Notes under the pieces: model-generated
Seen by the model: only the letters and a program-made list of their open reading frames with translations
What the model was told of the DNA's origin: nothing
The model's database searches: none
Part shown: piece by piece, positions 43,760 to 57,674 of the stretch
Layout: the number at the start of each line of letters is the position of its first letter
How positions within the stretch are numbered: position 1 is the first letter of the stretch
DNA from: Amphiscolops sp. MND2022
Taxonomy: Eukaryota
DNA: 64,000 nucleotides
NCBI GenBank assembly: GCA_964187785.1
Contig: OZ076409.1
Coordinates: 94,862,001-94,926,000, forward strand
Direction of reading: 5' to 3'
Made by a program: the position numbers and the translations under genes

Positions 43760-44726
43760 CTGAAACTAGAGGTTTGATGCCTTTGCACACAACCCAGGAA
43801 CCTGTTTTCTTGACAATTGATTGATAGCCAAGAATTTCTTCAAAAGTGTTCTGAAATTTATATAGATAGGTTTTGAGCCATCGTATTTTCTCAGCAATTA
43901 AAAGAGATAACTAAATTGAAAATAAACGGAATATCGCCATATTGGTTTACTTGAAGAACCTACATATCAAATGTCTTTGATTTAGCTCTACACTCTCCGA
44001 AGTCCAGAAGTGACAGTTGATGCTATTTTCGATCAAGTATTCCCCAAAAATGGCTTCCCCTAAACCAATCTACATGTGATATATCTTTCGACTGAAACCA
44101 ATGCCAAATACGGAGAGAAAATTATTCAGTAAATGCCTTTTAAAAGTTGTCAAAAATTCACGCATTGCCACTTTTGGTACATCATTTCTGGACAATAAAA
44201 ACAAAATGCTACAAAAGACTCCACTCAATGGATTATAAATATAATTATCTTCCAGAAAAATCCTGGTTGACAGCTGGAAACTTAAAGAATTAAAAAAATT
44301 TTTTTCCGCTGGAATTTTGATGTTGAAATATGGGCCACTTAACAAAAACTGAGATCATGGCAAAAAAACAAACACATGAAAAGAAGCGGTACTGGTTTGA
44401 ACTACTTTGGTTTAAAGAGAGGAAGGAATGGAAGTTTGTACAATTCGAATTCGCAATTTCCAACAAATTTCGGCCAACTAGCAATTATCAAACATACAGT
44501 CCGTTACGAAGAGTTCAGTAGCATCTTTGAACACATGCATATTGATGACTGTTCGAATTCAAAGAATGACAAATTCAAATACTGTTTGAATGGAATGAAT
44601 AACTGTAGCTAATGTCATTTCACTTAGGAAGCTTTCATAGAAAGATATTTCAGCAACCACCAAGGATGTTTCGACACTTGAACATGAATAGTAAGCAAGA
44701 TCAACATGATAGTGAATGGCACTAAC

Positions 44727-45209
44727 CAGGGCTTTTCAATAAATTATTTGTATTGCAATATATTGCAATATTTGTATTGCAATATATTTATTGGAATGGC
44801 AAAAGACAGCAATAATATTGCAATATATTGGATTTAAAAACAAATTTAAAAATCATTCTTGTGGAGCATTTCTCAGAATTATAAAACAACCACACTATAG
44901 GCCTACTTAGATTTTTCTCAGAAACGTTCGCTATTCAACCTTTTCAATTCAAGTGCGCTTTTGCTATTTCTCAGACATATAAAACAACATCCCCTGTGAT
45001 GTTCTTCGTGGCCTGACTCAAACTGTTCAAATCTAATTTTGAAGTTTTTTTTTGATATTTAATGAATAGATTTTTCCTTGCTTTTCTCTCCAGATTCTTC
45101 AAATTCAGCATATTGCAATATATTTATTTTTGACAAAGTTTATTGCAATATATTTATTGGAAATATTTTGATCCAAAATAATATTGCAATATTATTTTGA
45201 AAAGCCCTG
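44727..45209. mobile_element. hAT-type MITE
   Basis: TIR CAGGGCTTTTCAA / TTGAAAAGCCCTG; perfect 8-bp TSD GCACTAAC; repeated palindromic TATTGCAATA subterminal motifs. Confidence 0.92.
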
Positions 45210-45217
45210 GCACTAAC

Positions 45218-45315
45218 CCGATTTGTGACGTAAATCTGTCGATAGCAAGAGACCCCAAACACAGTGCCCCCATCAGCATACTTGCTAGTTGGTGGCATGT
45301 TGAAATAGATGGTAT
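45218..45315 (-). CDS. AVL9: AVL9 exon 2
   Basis: DTIYFNMP...GTVFGVSCYRQI matches AVL9 DTVFFHLP..TVFGISCYRQI; phases consistent. Confidence 0.9.
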
Positions 45316-46529
45316 CTGAAACATAGCAAAACTTGCCAGACGAGAAAGAGAGGCGACGTAGGTAGCAACATTAGCAGCTTAAACATTATTACGCCACCCA
45401 TGAGCCAAAAACTTTGAGCCGAATAAATGATAAAGGGGTTCGAAACAATGATGTAGAGAAAACGTTGATTTCTCAAATTCCGCAGGTGGACACCGAATAA
45501 GGTGCTCTAATTTGGCGCCTTTTTTGGGATACCTTCGCCCCCATATAGTACCATAATTCCAGTCCAGTGGTCAAGCAATGGTCGGCCGAAGATGTGGTTT
45601 CAAAGTGACTTGCTTGCAACAAGCAGTCCGTCGACTCTGGCGGGATTGCCAATGTTTTGAGACAACGCCGGAACTCCTTGAAACAGAGTGGGAGAAATGG
45701 TGGAATATATTTACGATGGCAGTAAATGCAAAACCTTCGATATCAGCGCATGAACTACTGAGAGTTCCCTCAGAACAACCGACGCATGCAGCGTTGATAA
45801 AAACTTCAATTAACAAGCGACCGAAAGAACTAGTAAGCATAGTATTTTTATCATCAAGACCGACAGGGCGGAAGAATCTGGCAAACACATACCCTAAAAT
45901 GGTACTGGCGACAGCAACATGTAATTATATCAAAGACAACTGCGAGCAAACATTCCGAAAGCCAAGAAATAGAATGCAGGACCGATACAATATTTTTTCG
46001 CAAAAGCAACAACAAAACGAGACCAAGACAGTTTTGGTACGTGTTGACAAAATAGCTGCTAGATGTGAATTCGAACAGCAAACAGAAAGCCTGATATTGG
46101 ATGCCTTCATCCAAAACATGAACAATAAAACTTATCAAGTAAGATTGTGTACAAAACCTGAAGAAATACCACAGGAGGCAAAGATTTGCAATAGCCTTTG
46201 AAGAAGGTATCAGCTGGCAAAAAAGCTTCGGAAGAGGGGGACAGCTAATAAAGAAAGAACCAGTGTATGCGATTGATGGCAGAGCGAAGAATCCATGTAC
46301 GAGATGTGGTTTGGAATTTGCACAAAATCTTCAGTGTGCAAAGCTAAAAATGAAAAAAAATTCGGATTTGTGGGACAATGGGACAATTTATGAGAATGTC
46401 CAAAAACGCTCCAAAACTGCCAATTCCAGAGGAAGTGGCAGATCCTACAACAGGTGCGGATTGAGATGAATCAATTTAATTGATCAACCGCCTGACCAAT
46501 CAGAGTAGACTCGTGGAACCAGTAGAAGA

Positions 46530-47838
46530 CCAAACGAAAAGGTTTGCGAAGGGAGGCCAAAAAAACCTGCTGTGCAGACATCGTACGACGGTTTTGTCTT
46601 GTTCGGCTTTGTGTTGATTCGAACAAAGTGTTCGCGCTGTTCGCTGCGAGCGATAAAGAAAGCCGGGTCCTCGCGACGTACCACGCTCATCTGTTTCGTT
46701 GTAAATCATCGAGCCTCGAATGAAGGGTGTGATGATTGACTTCACCAATGTTTCGATTACACCAACTGAGCCCTTCATCCCCCTGGCTGCAGGCACCTCA
46801 CTCTGTGTTTGCGTTGAAAAAACGGGTTTAACAGAGTGGGGACTAGACTACGCTGTTTGGTTGAATTTGATAAACTTGACCTTACAAGAAGAGCCCATCA
46901 GAACTCAACCTTCTATGTGAAGTTTTCTAAATTGTGTGTGCTAAACCATAATTTGGTAAAACCATAAGATTCCTCGTCCCAATTAATCCGGTTCCGCCGC
47001 CATCTAAGGGAGTTCGTCTCTGCAATGAACCATTTAGAAGACAGTCACGGCTACGAAGTAATGGGCTGGTTCGAACATTCAGAGCAAGCTGGAGAAAGTT
47101 TTCACGAGGTACACGAGCACCATATATCCATTAGGCCTCAGAAAAAACCCTCCCTGACTATGTCTTGCTTCTTCGACATCCGAGGCCAACATCTATTGAA
47201 ACAACTGATGCCTCAGCTTCGTAAGGGTGACCAAAGTGGTTACAAAAAAGTAAGACTACCTAATAACATCTTTCAATATTTATTGTTTCAACTTTATTTT
47301 ATTGTGAAGCTGCCAAAACTATGTAACTTTGTTGTTTATTTTCTGTTGTGTATGTTACCACATCACTACGAAGTCCATTGAGAAATAATTCAATGACTAT
47401 TTGTTACGTATGATTTCGATCTAAATTCGACATGTTTCCAATCTCCAAGTAATATTAGATTGAGGGTAGTGAAAAGGCAAACGTTGTTTCTCTATTTTTG
47501 AGATACTTAAATTAATGAATTATTGTACGCATTACGCTCGCATCATATAGCATTTTCACAGCTCCAATTGTTTTAACGTGAGTCTGATTTTTTCACACTT
47601 TACGTGTTTCCAAAAATTGAACTCGTGGTCGCCGTTAGCGTTATGTTATTACATCTAGTATCCCGCTTCTTTTGCGCGTCATTCCCCAGCTTTTGACCTA
47701 CAATTTTGCAACAGTCTTTTTTCAAATAATCAACATTTAACCGAAATACAACTACTTTTCTTCTCTCTGCTTCTCCTCCTCCTTCTCATCCTCATCCTCC
47801 TCCCACGTTGCTAGTAACGCACTAGCCTCCAGCGCTAG
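46530..47838 (+). mobile_element. Insertion between Gypsy gag and protease; possible Helitron-like element
   Basis: Interrupts Gypsy. 3' end has hairpin GCTAGT-AACGC-ACTAGC, 8 nt upstream of CTAG|T. 5' end unresolved. Confidence 0.4.
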
Positions 47839-49093
47839 TTGGAATAGGAGCACCACAAATTGTGCTGAAGGGCAAAATAGATAAACGACCATTTACAACA
47901 ATGATCCATTCCTGGTCGCCAATAAAATTTACAAAAGACATGAGACAAATTCTACAAAGTGATATTCGCGAGACCATTATCCAAAAAAATACTTGGATCA
48001 CAACGGAAGGCCACTGAGTTTACTTGGCTTTATTACATGAGATAATCACGTGAGCTAACAATAAAGGTGATAGCAAGAGATGGAAAGAAACCTCTCATCG
48101 GTCGAGACTGGTTGTCACAGCTAAGGTTTCGAGTAGCAGAGGCGAGTCAAGGAAGTAAGTACACGAACATTGTAAACAATATCGTAAATAAGTATCGAAA
48201 AAACGAAACGCTTTCAACAAAAGTTTCCAAAGATTTTTGGAAGACAAGGAATAATTTTGGGTGGTAAAATGGTAATTGAACTCATAGGGGGAGCGAAGGT
48301 TACCCAACAGAAGGGGCGACGCGTCCCACGCGAGCAACAGAGGAGAGGGCAGTTGATGCAAAAATTAAAAATCTATTGGAAGCTGGATCTAATAGAAGAG
48401 TGGAAAAATAACAGACGATATGTTTAGACAGCCAGTCGTCTTCGGCTGAAAATGATAGAAGCGACAAAATTGCGCTAGATGTCAGGTCTTTCAAGAATGC
48501 CATATTGAAAAACAAGTACCAACCTCGAGAGTTTGATGGAAAAGATCGCGGAACTAACTAGTCAATGGGAACAATGGACGTGAGGTATATTTTAAACCAC
48601 AAGATATGCTATATGCATACGGAAAAACTATGCTACATCCAGACACCGCAGAAGAATGTAATATTTGAATGAATGGCGAAGAATCGACAAGAACTTACGC
48701 ATTGAACACTGGAGAATACAGATTGACAATCATGCCACAGAAGTTTCAGAAATGATGGATAAAACCCTACATGAAACCAAGAATACATTCACAATTATAG
48801 ATGATTTAGTCAGTCACAAGAAGCAAAGATGAACATATGAGAAAAGTAGAGGAGGCAGTCAAAGAATTAGATGAAGCGGGAATTGGACTTAATATCGAAA
48901 AATACAAAATTGCACAAAAAGTAACTGATTGGCTGCATATATCAGCAGAACTGATCGAGACAGTTCAAGGAGAAGGTTGAAGCTGTAACCGACAAACTCA
49001 GACCAAATAATTTAAAAGAATCAAGATCATTTATGGGTGTCATCAACCACATCAATCGATTCATACCGAACTTAGCGAACCTATGTGTACCAT

Positions 49094-50866
49094 TGTTGTT
49101 GTGGCTTGTTGTAGGGGACATCTCCCCTTTAATTTAAATACATCTAAGAGGACGACAGTTTGTGCAGTCACAGCAAATTTTCCATGTGCATATGTTGTCT
49201 TCATTGAGTTTCTCCCTCAGTTCTTGATGCATGAGAGAAAGCAGTCAAGACCCACGGGATTGCCGAAGTTGATATCAATCGGTAGGTTGTTCACCACTCT
49301 TTGTGTTCGGAAGAAGAAACTATCGCGCGACTAGCATTAATTGGGGGATTTACTTGCAGTAAAATATCAGAATGGCAGCGTTGCTACTCAGTGTCGCGAT
49401 AATTGATAAATGGCGTATAGTCGCAATCATATGCACCACTACATATACTTGACAAATGTAAAAGATCAAGTAACTGTAGGAACATCGGCACCGGAAGTAA
49501 GTTGGCAGTAGACAGACGAGTAAAGTAGTCAACAGCTCCATAGTTAAATATCCATTTGATCACGCGCTTTCGAAAACCCTCTACTAATCGACAATCGCTT
49601 CTTGAAAGAACCCAGCACATACATCCGAAGGTAACAATCCGCAAAATCAGTGATTTATACAGGCATAAACGTGATTTCCAATCTGAATTAATTGGAATGT
49701 TTCTGCGCACCGTCCAGAAAACTGAATTTGCCTTACTAAGCTTTTTATTCAAATGATTGTGGACAGATAATTTGCTCCTGATCAGAATTCCGAGATCTTT
49801 GACAATTGAAGGACAGGTCAGACTTTTACCATAGAGCTTGATGGAAAGAGTTTGCGGTTTAGAGTTTAGCAAGTAGCATTTCGTTAATTGAAAATCCAAT
49901 TTGAGCAGGTCGTTTTACATTTGTGAGAATTGTGTTCAACAACTTTAGGTCATCTGCTAAAAGATGTGGTAATGAATGTTCAATTTCACAAACCAAGTCG
50001 TTGATGAAAATATTGAACAGCGGCCTCACGATGGAGCCTTGAGGAACTCTACTTTTGACGCCAGCAATTTTGATCTCACACGGTCAAAACGAAAAAACTG
50101 ATTAGTTAGAAAACTTGAAGACTTCCGAAACTTCGCCTCGGATTCCAAAAGCATGCATTTTTGCTAGTAACAATCCATGCGGAACCTTATCGAAGGCCTT
50201 AGCAAAATCGCTAGAGAAGGCTGAAACTGCTTGAAATCTTTCGTCAACACACCTGTAGACATTCTCCAGGTACGGCAGAAATTGGTGAAAATAGAACGCT
50301 TCTTCATGAAACCATGCTGATTCTTGCTAATATTGTGGATATAGTGATCGTATATCCTGTCGTAAATACACCTTTCGAGAACTTTTGAGACTACGTTCAT
50401 CAAAGTAATGGGTCGGTAATTGCAGGCTTCAAAAGGTGATCCCGATTTGAACATCGGCGAGATTGCGCCGACCTTCCAAGTAGATGGAAATCTTCCTGTT
50501 CGTTTCATAATTCTAAAAATGATAGAGATAGTGAGATAACAGCTCAGTTGCCAGAAGAAACATGGAGGGAGACTATATGGACCTCTAGTTTTGGATACAT
50601 CAAGGCTGTTTAGTATATGTTCAATCTTGGCTGGACTTGTGTCAAAGCTATCTAACTTCCCAAGTAAGTCAGTGTTCGAGAACGACTCGATATAGTTCAA
50701 GTAAAAAGATTCATCTGCAGAAAACACCGACTAGAAGTACTGGTTCAACAGATTGACCTAGTCTACATCTGATACAGCTGTTTTGCTACCATGGCAGATT
50801 TTTGAAGGCATCGAGCACTCTGGTTTAAAATTTTTGAAGAACTTGAAGAGTTTATGTGTGTCCATA
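49094..50866 (-). mobile_element. 5'-truncated, decayed LINE (CR1/L2-like) inserted in Gypsy pol
   Basis: GP..LP, FP..WK...I.P.FKSG...NYRPITL..VSKVLER, QHGF, KDLGI motifs. (CAA)n-like 3' tail at ~49094. The Gypsy frame (NLC.P | LRSLL) resumes across it. Confidence 0.82.
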
Positions 50867-52704
50867 TTACGGTCACTATTACGGATACATACTGGAAATG
50901 GTAAGAATCGTTCCGAAAAACAAACAAGCAAAATAAAATATTCGGAATTGAACAATTTAAAAGAGACTCAACCGTCAGAACCATATGTGATGCTAGCAAA
51001 GACGGATTAGGAGCAGTTCTTCAACAGAAGCAAGGAGACGGGGAAATGCATCACTATTTTTACCCGACTTCGAAAAAAAAATTGAGCTGGAATTACTGGC
51101 AGTAGTATGGGCAATAGAAAACTTGAAACATTTTGTCCACGGAAAAGCGAGAGATGGTGTCAGATCATAAGCTCTATATTAAAAGATGATAGATCAAACG
51201 AACTTTTTCTTCATTAACTAGTGAAAGCGAATTAGTGAAATTAAGCAAACAGCCAATAAGTCAAACGTCACAATTAAGCGAGTCACAGTCATATTAAATC
51301 TATACCGACAAGATTAGCGAAGAACTGAGCCAGGCGGCGAATCAACCACCAATCAAAACGCCGGCTCAAGTAAAGCCTTGAGGAACTCTACTTTTGACGC
51401 CAGCAATTTTGATCTCACACGGTCAAAACGAAAAAACTGATTAGTTAGAAAACTTGAAGACTTCCGAAACTTCGCCTCGGATTCCAAAAGCATGCATTTT
51501 TGCTAGTGACAATTCATGCGGAACCTTATCGAAGGCCTTAGCAAAATCGCTAGAGAAGGCTGAAACTGCTTGAAATCTTTCGTCAACACACCTGTAGACA
51601 TTCTCCAGGTACGACAGAAATTGGTGAAAATAGAACGCTTCTTCATGAAACCATGCTGATTCTTGCTAATATTGTGGATATAGTGATCGTATATCCTGTC
51701 GTAAATACACCTTTCGAGAACTTTTGAGACTACGTTCATCAAAGTAATGGGTCGGTAATTGCAGGCTTCAAAAGGTGATCCCGATTTGAACATCGGCGAG
51801 ATTGCGCCGACCTTCCAAGTAGATGGAAATCTTCCTGTTCGTTTCATAATTCTAAAAATGATAGAGATAGTGAGATAACAGCTCAGTTGCCAGAAGAAAC
51901 ATGGAGGGAGACTATATGGACCTCTAGTTTTGGATACATCAAGGCTGTTTAGTATATGTTCAATCTTGGCTGGACTTGTGTCAAAGCTATCTAACTTCCC
52001 CAGTAAGTCAGTGTTCGAGAACGACTCGATATAGTTCAAGTAAAAAGATTCATCTGCAGAAAACACCGACTAGAAGTACTGGTTCAACAGATTGACCTAG
52101 TCTACATCTGATACAGCTGTTTTGCTACCATGGCAGATTTTTGAAGGCATCGAGCACTCTGGTTTAAAATTTTTGAAGAACTTGAAGAGTTTATGTGTGT
52201 CCATATTACGGTCACTATTACGGATACATACTGGAAATGGTAAGAATCGTTCCGAAAAACAAACAAGCAAAATAAAATATTCGGAATTGAACAATTTAAA
52301 AGAGACTCAACCGTCAGAACCATATGTGATGCTAGCAAAGACGGATTAGGAGCAGTTCTTCAACAGAAGCAAGGAGACGGGGAAATGCATCACGATTTTT
52401 ACCCGACTTCGAAAAGAAAAATTGAGCTGGAATTACTGGCAGTAGTATGGGCAATAGAAAACTTGAAACATTTTGTCCACGGAAAAGCGAGAGATGGTGT
52501 CAGATCATAAGCTCTATATTAAAAGATGATAGATCAAACGAACTTTTTCTTCATTAACTAGTGAAAGCGAATTAGTGAAATTAAGCAAACAGCCAATAAG
52601 TCAAACGTCACAATTAAGCGAGTCACAGTCATATTAAATCTATACCGACAAGATTAGCGAAGAACTGAGCCAGGCGGCGAATCAACCACCAATCAAAACG
52701 CCGG
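50035..52704. repeat. 1.33-kb tandem segmental duplication (50035..51364 and 51374..52704)
   Basis: Near-identical copies offset by 1339-1340 bp, with a few SNPs and a 9-nt junction insert CTCAAGTAA. Confidence 0.93.
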
Positions 52705-55291
52705 TTTGCTATTCTGTCAACCAAATCGAAGTTTCACAAACTTTGGGAAAGTTTACTTTTGCTGCGCAATATGAAAAAGTTTCGGTAGATCATTTTGTTA
52801 AAAGCCTGTAGTACCAAATTTAAACGCCTGCCAACCATGGCGCACAGAGTTGTGTTGTTTGAGCTTAGAAGAGCACGACTTGATGTACATGGAGGAACGG
52901 CTACTCATCCCCAAAACGTTACGCCTAATTATGCGCTCATTACATTACAGGCATCCAGGAAGAGACAGCATGCTCGCAACGGTGTCTAACGTGTGGATGC
53001 CGCGTTTTCACAGGGTAGTTGTAGCAATAGCAAGGCCATGTAATTGCAAAGAAGAAGGTGAGAATATCAGAACTTCATTGACTCAAAAACGGTATGGAAA
53101 ACTACCAGTATGCGTAGAAAGTAATCAAGAAATAGCAATTGATTTTGCAGGTCAATACAACCTTTCCAAAAAGTAATAAACGCTAGAAAATACCTATTGG
53201 TCTCGACAGATTTTTCGCGGTGGCCTGGAGCGAAAACCAACTACTGAGAAGGTAATAGAATTTCCTAATTATATAGCACCGCGTGAAATACCTCAGACGA
53301 TAAGAACTGATCCGGCAACAGTTTTCAGAAGTAGACGATTCAAAGAATTCTGTGATAAAATGCTGATCACAACACATCAAGTGCCCAATACGGGACCATC
53401 GAGGGAACAGAAAAATCTAACAAATAATAACAACAAATGAAAGGCTGATAACGAAAACAAATCGTGGTAAAAAGTTATTCAGGATTTGTGTTACGAACGT
53501 ACCTGTCGAAGTCGAAAAATGGAAACTCACCATGTCAGAAGAACCAAACACAATGAAAAATATGGTTATAATCCCAAGGAGTCTATTTCAGAATCACCAG
53601 AGCTCACACTGACAGAAACAGACTTTCAATCAGGCTAGGATTCGACAATTTTCGTGAGGGAGAGATCAAGAAGGAGTAAACTGCAAGGAGCTTACCAGAA
53701 AAGAAAAGCTTTACTGCTCGAACAAACAAATCAGAGAAAAAGAAAAAAATCCAACAGCTATAGAAGCATGTGAGCATGCGATATAGAAGACGAAGCAGTA
53801 ACCCATATCTCTGACACAGTAATCAGCAGAAGCAAGCAGTTACCGCCAAACAAGAGAGCACTGAAGAACCGGAGCAAGAGATGCCGCACAGACGGGAAAC
53901 AATTTAAACGGAAAGACAAATCAGACGATAGAGAAACCAACCAAAATCGGATTTCTATGGGCAAAACGTGATGATCACACAAATAGATGGCCCAAATCGA
54001 ATGAAGGAAACCAATCAAGCGGAGAATTTAAAACTTTACTTCCGTATTAAGCAAATAATACACACCTTTGTTGATACGTATACTTATAAAATGAAACATT
54101 ATATACATTTGTACCATTAGTTTACATTGGACATTACGGTAGTATTTCAGTTTTTACACTACCTGTCAACTGGGGCGATGTGAGAGAGTGGCCTAAGATT
54201 GCGTTTCTCTATCAGAACAGACATAGTCCACCTATACCACTCCAAGATCAGGGTATAGAAGAGATCCGAAATACTGATATCGTGCGTTTACGGGTTATGG
54301 CACAGTGAAAATACTACCATTAAGGCAACTGAAGTTGGGTGAGGGATTTCCTACTCTGCAAGTTATGTGAGGAAATTTTCACAAAGATTCACCCTTCGTG
54401 CCAAAAAAACTTCCAAAAGCCACCGGTAACTCACATTCAGCTCGTAATCGCCAAAAGGTACAAAACCATTAGCTTTTTTGACTGGGTCTTGTGGTCTGAT
54501 GAATTCGTGGCTCGTCAGTTTGGCTACCGTATCATTTTTAGAAAGCCCCCGAAGGAACCATATGTCTTGAAAACCGTTCGACATTCAATATCAATAATGG
54601 TTTGAGGATGCATCAGTAGATCTGACAGGGACAACTGGTAGCATTTATTCCTGGAAAACATGTAGACGGAACAATGTCCAGATCATTGCAGGAAAATCAG
54701 TTTAAAATTTGAAATGACAGGGAAAAATCTTGAGTCGCCGCGAAAACAACGTTCCGACCTTGAACTGCAGAGAGCGGTCCGTGATTTTAGTGAAAGAAGA
54801 CAAAAATAGGAAAGACAGGCATTATGCTGAAGCATTGCGTGCTACTAAGTCTTGTGATTTTGTAGGATCAACTAGTTCTGCATACAACGACTCCTTGGGT
54901 CGCAAAAATGGACAAAAACTGTCAAGTGACAGATACGTTGTAACAATAACTAAGTTCAGAAAACATCTTTCTTGGCACCCAAACAAGGAAACGGTATCCA
55001 AATGTCAGAGAAAAGTTTTTTACGAAGGTTTTTGCTACGAGCTCAACTATTTTGTATAAAAAACTTTTGCAATCTTCCACTAAAAATATTCAAAAGGGTA
55101 TTTTATGTATGTCTACTTCCAGCTTATAACCATCATTGGTCACCGCAAAGGCAGCAGATGCTTCTTCGATTGTTCTTTGGTGGGATGAGACCTCAATATA
55201 GCATCAGTGAACACCGGTGGAGAGCGAGATTGCTCACCGGATATTGCCTATTCTTAAAGTCGGCTAAAATTCTAGCTGAAATCAAATCTAC

Positions 55292-55559
55292 CTCGATCGT
55301 GGTTATGCGCACCATCGGGCAGTGCCAGATACCGGATACACTCCCACTCTTCTGGCAGCATAATCTCTCCACCCTGAGAATCGTCCTGATTAGTTTGGGC
55401 ATTTTTGTCGTCACCTGTTTCCAAAGGAGGCGTGCAGAATTCCACCCTGTACCCTGATCTGGGGTGGAACCCAATGACCATCAAATGCATCACTGTTTTC
55501 GAAGACCCATTCGCACCCTCCAGTTCCAACAACACTTCAGCTGTACTTGGTGACGTCAT
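55292..55559 (-). CDS. AVL9: AVL9 first coding exon (late secretory pathway protein AVL9, DENN-related)
   Basis: VMHLMVIGFHPRSGYRVEF..PPL..LPEEW..LALPDGAHN is the AVL9 N-terminal signature. The G|GT donor fits exon 2. Confidence 0.92.
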
Positions 55560-55722
55560 TGCGATTCTGTACCATCCAGGGTAGGAATACTCTTATTGGT
55601 CCTATCAGTAGCAAAGGGTCACATGTCGATTGAAAAATTCAAAGAATTCATAAGCTAGCTGCGATTGAACATTTCCATCTGAAGGAGAAACGGCAGCATG
55701 GATTACACTCATTGATTCATTG

Positions 55723-56086
55723 CAGAGGTGCACCGGACAGGAAAATTTCCGTCCGGCCGGACAGGACTGATTGAAGCCGGATACCGGCCGGACCGGACAT
55801 CATCCTCAATTGCAAACGATGAAGGGCTGTTTTCAGAATTGGGTAATGAGGATTACGAAAAACGAAGCAGGCTTTTACCACAGAGCTGTGAAAAACTATT
55901 TCCCCTCCGCCATATTTTAATGAATTTTGATTCACGGTCATAAACTCAATTTCTCGATGCACATACACTTTTTCTAAGTTAGATATTCCGATTATTTAAG
56001 TTAATTATTTTGAGATAATATCCGGCCGGACATTGTGAAAGGTCCGGCCAGATACAGGACAGGACTTGTTGTGCGGTACACCTCTA
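55723..56086. mobile_element. hAT-type MITE upstream of the AVL9 start codon
   Basis: TIR CAGAGGTGCACCG / CGGTACACCTCTA; perfect 8-bp TSD ATTCATTG; CCGG-rich subterminal repeats. Confidence 0.9.
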
Positions 56087-57440
56087 ATTCATTGTCAAAG
56101 GACGCGGATTCTCGAGCGTATTCAACTTTGGTTTTCCAATAAATTTTATTTTCTAAATCTATCATCCACTTGAAGTTTTCAATACTTGCAGCGGATCGAC
56201 ACTATCTCATCATTCAGCCGTAAAATTGCCCCTTGAACCCTGGGCCATCATTACCCTAGGTTGCAGACCACAATAGTTTCGCTTACACGGTCACTTTTTC
56301 ATTTCAGTAAATAGAAGTGTATAAAAAGTGTGAAAGTTGAGGCAAAGAGAAGATTTCACTTTGTATCACTGACAATCTTAACCTAACAGTCTCAGGTAAG
56401 GATCTAAGTAAACGCCGTTTTGAATAGCTCTCAAAAAACTTCCAGCGAGCCGCATTTTGATGTACAGAAACGCAAAACTGCTCATAAGAGTTTACCGAAA
56501 TCGACTGCTTCGAGTCTGTAAATGCAAAATGAAGCAAACATATTTCAAAAATTTTTCCAGATCAAATGATAAAACTTTCTAGAAGTAAAACCTCCACAAG
56601 GTCGAATATTTTAAATATTTTTGAATTTTGCGAAAAAGCACATTTAGTAATTTCGACTGAACGTTGTTGTTAGCTCTCAGCGATCGATTATGATTCCCCG
56701 CCCACATATAATGGGGGAGGAAAATCATAATCTGCGTTGCGTTTTTTTTTCAAATTCTGCCGAATCTCTTGACTTGACTATTTGGCTCTTTTTCCTCCCC
56801 CCACAATTTTCAAAGAAAACAAACTCAACATAAAGGATTATATTTGACCACTTCATTCAATATTTCTTCGAATAAGTCTTTTCCTTTGTTTTGTTGTCTC
56901 CACACTATTAGAGTAGTTTTCCGCTTGAACAAAACATTGTTCACACATTTTGACTAGTTATGTTCGTATTGAGTGTTTAATGATGACTCAAAACAGGAAG
57001 CTGTTGATTTCTTCATCAAAAATGCGTAACTACATAGGGAAAAAGTGTGAACAAAGTAGTTTGTATCTGAATCCTAAACTATCACCCTGAGAATAAATTT
57101 AAAACTGAACTGTTTCATTGGAACGCAATTGAGATATGATTAATTGCAAAAACATCATCTTGAAAAGTGGGGGGGGGGGGAAGTTCCGACTATTTTAGTT
57201 ACTTGACTATTTCAGTTACTAATGCGGAAAATATGCCGGTGCTTTGTTTTATATCAATCCCCCTGACTGCTAACAGAATTAGACTAGGCGCGAATATAGA
57301 ACACATGAGAAAAAATACCTTTTACTATTTTAGTAATATCCCAGCTTACGCAGAAACTTTAATGATAAAGTTTTGAAGTAATGAAAAAAGTTAGAAAAAT
57401 GTGAATTAAAGTTTAAAATCTATGAGAATTAGAACGAGTT

Positions 57441-57633
57441 TCACAAGTTTTTGTATTCTGTCTTGGTGTTGTGCCAATCGATGGGAGCAATCTTGGCGTC
57501 TTTTGGTCTGGGGATCACGTCAACGTCTTTGTTCCTCATCAGACCAATTTTGCGCAGATCAAAAAAGTCAAAGACTGCCCTTTCCAAGTGAGAGTAATCC
57601 AGTTGCCGTCTTTCGTCCATGGGATCAAGTTTC
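57441..57633 (-). CDS. Exon 2 of an unknown small single-pass membrane protein
   Basis: TTTGCAG acceptor in phase 2 joins the donor at 60667; open to TGA. Confidence 0.6.
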
Positions 57634-57674
57634 CTGCAAACAAAGCCACGCTGAGAATTCCCATTAATTCTTTC

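Larger units (their letters stand above)
45530..54180 (+). mobile_element. Decayed Ty3/Gypsy LTR retrotransposon with nested insertions (bounds approximate)
   Basis: gag-like 45578-46400 (EWEKWWNIF, CTRCG knuckle); protease remnant ~47850-47920 (degenerate DSG, LIGRDWL); RT remnant (IDD, SFMG.IN..RFIPNL); RNase H-like ELLAVVWAIE; integrase HPGRDSML..VW..DFAG; PPT-like GGGGCGATG near 54172. Confidence 0.8.

Noticed and set aside
45320..54330. Paired LTRs for the Gypsy element
   Set aside because: The sequence after the PPT-like motif (~54179) has no visible match upstream of gag.
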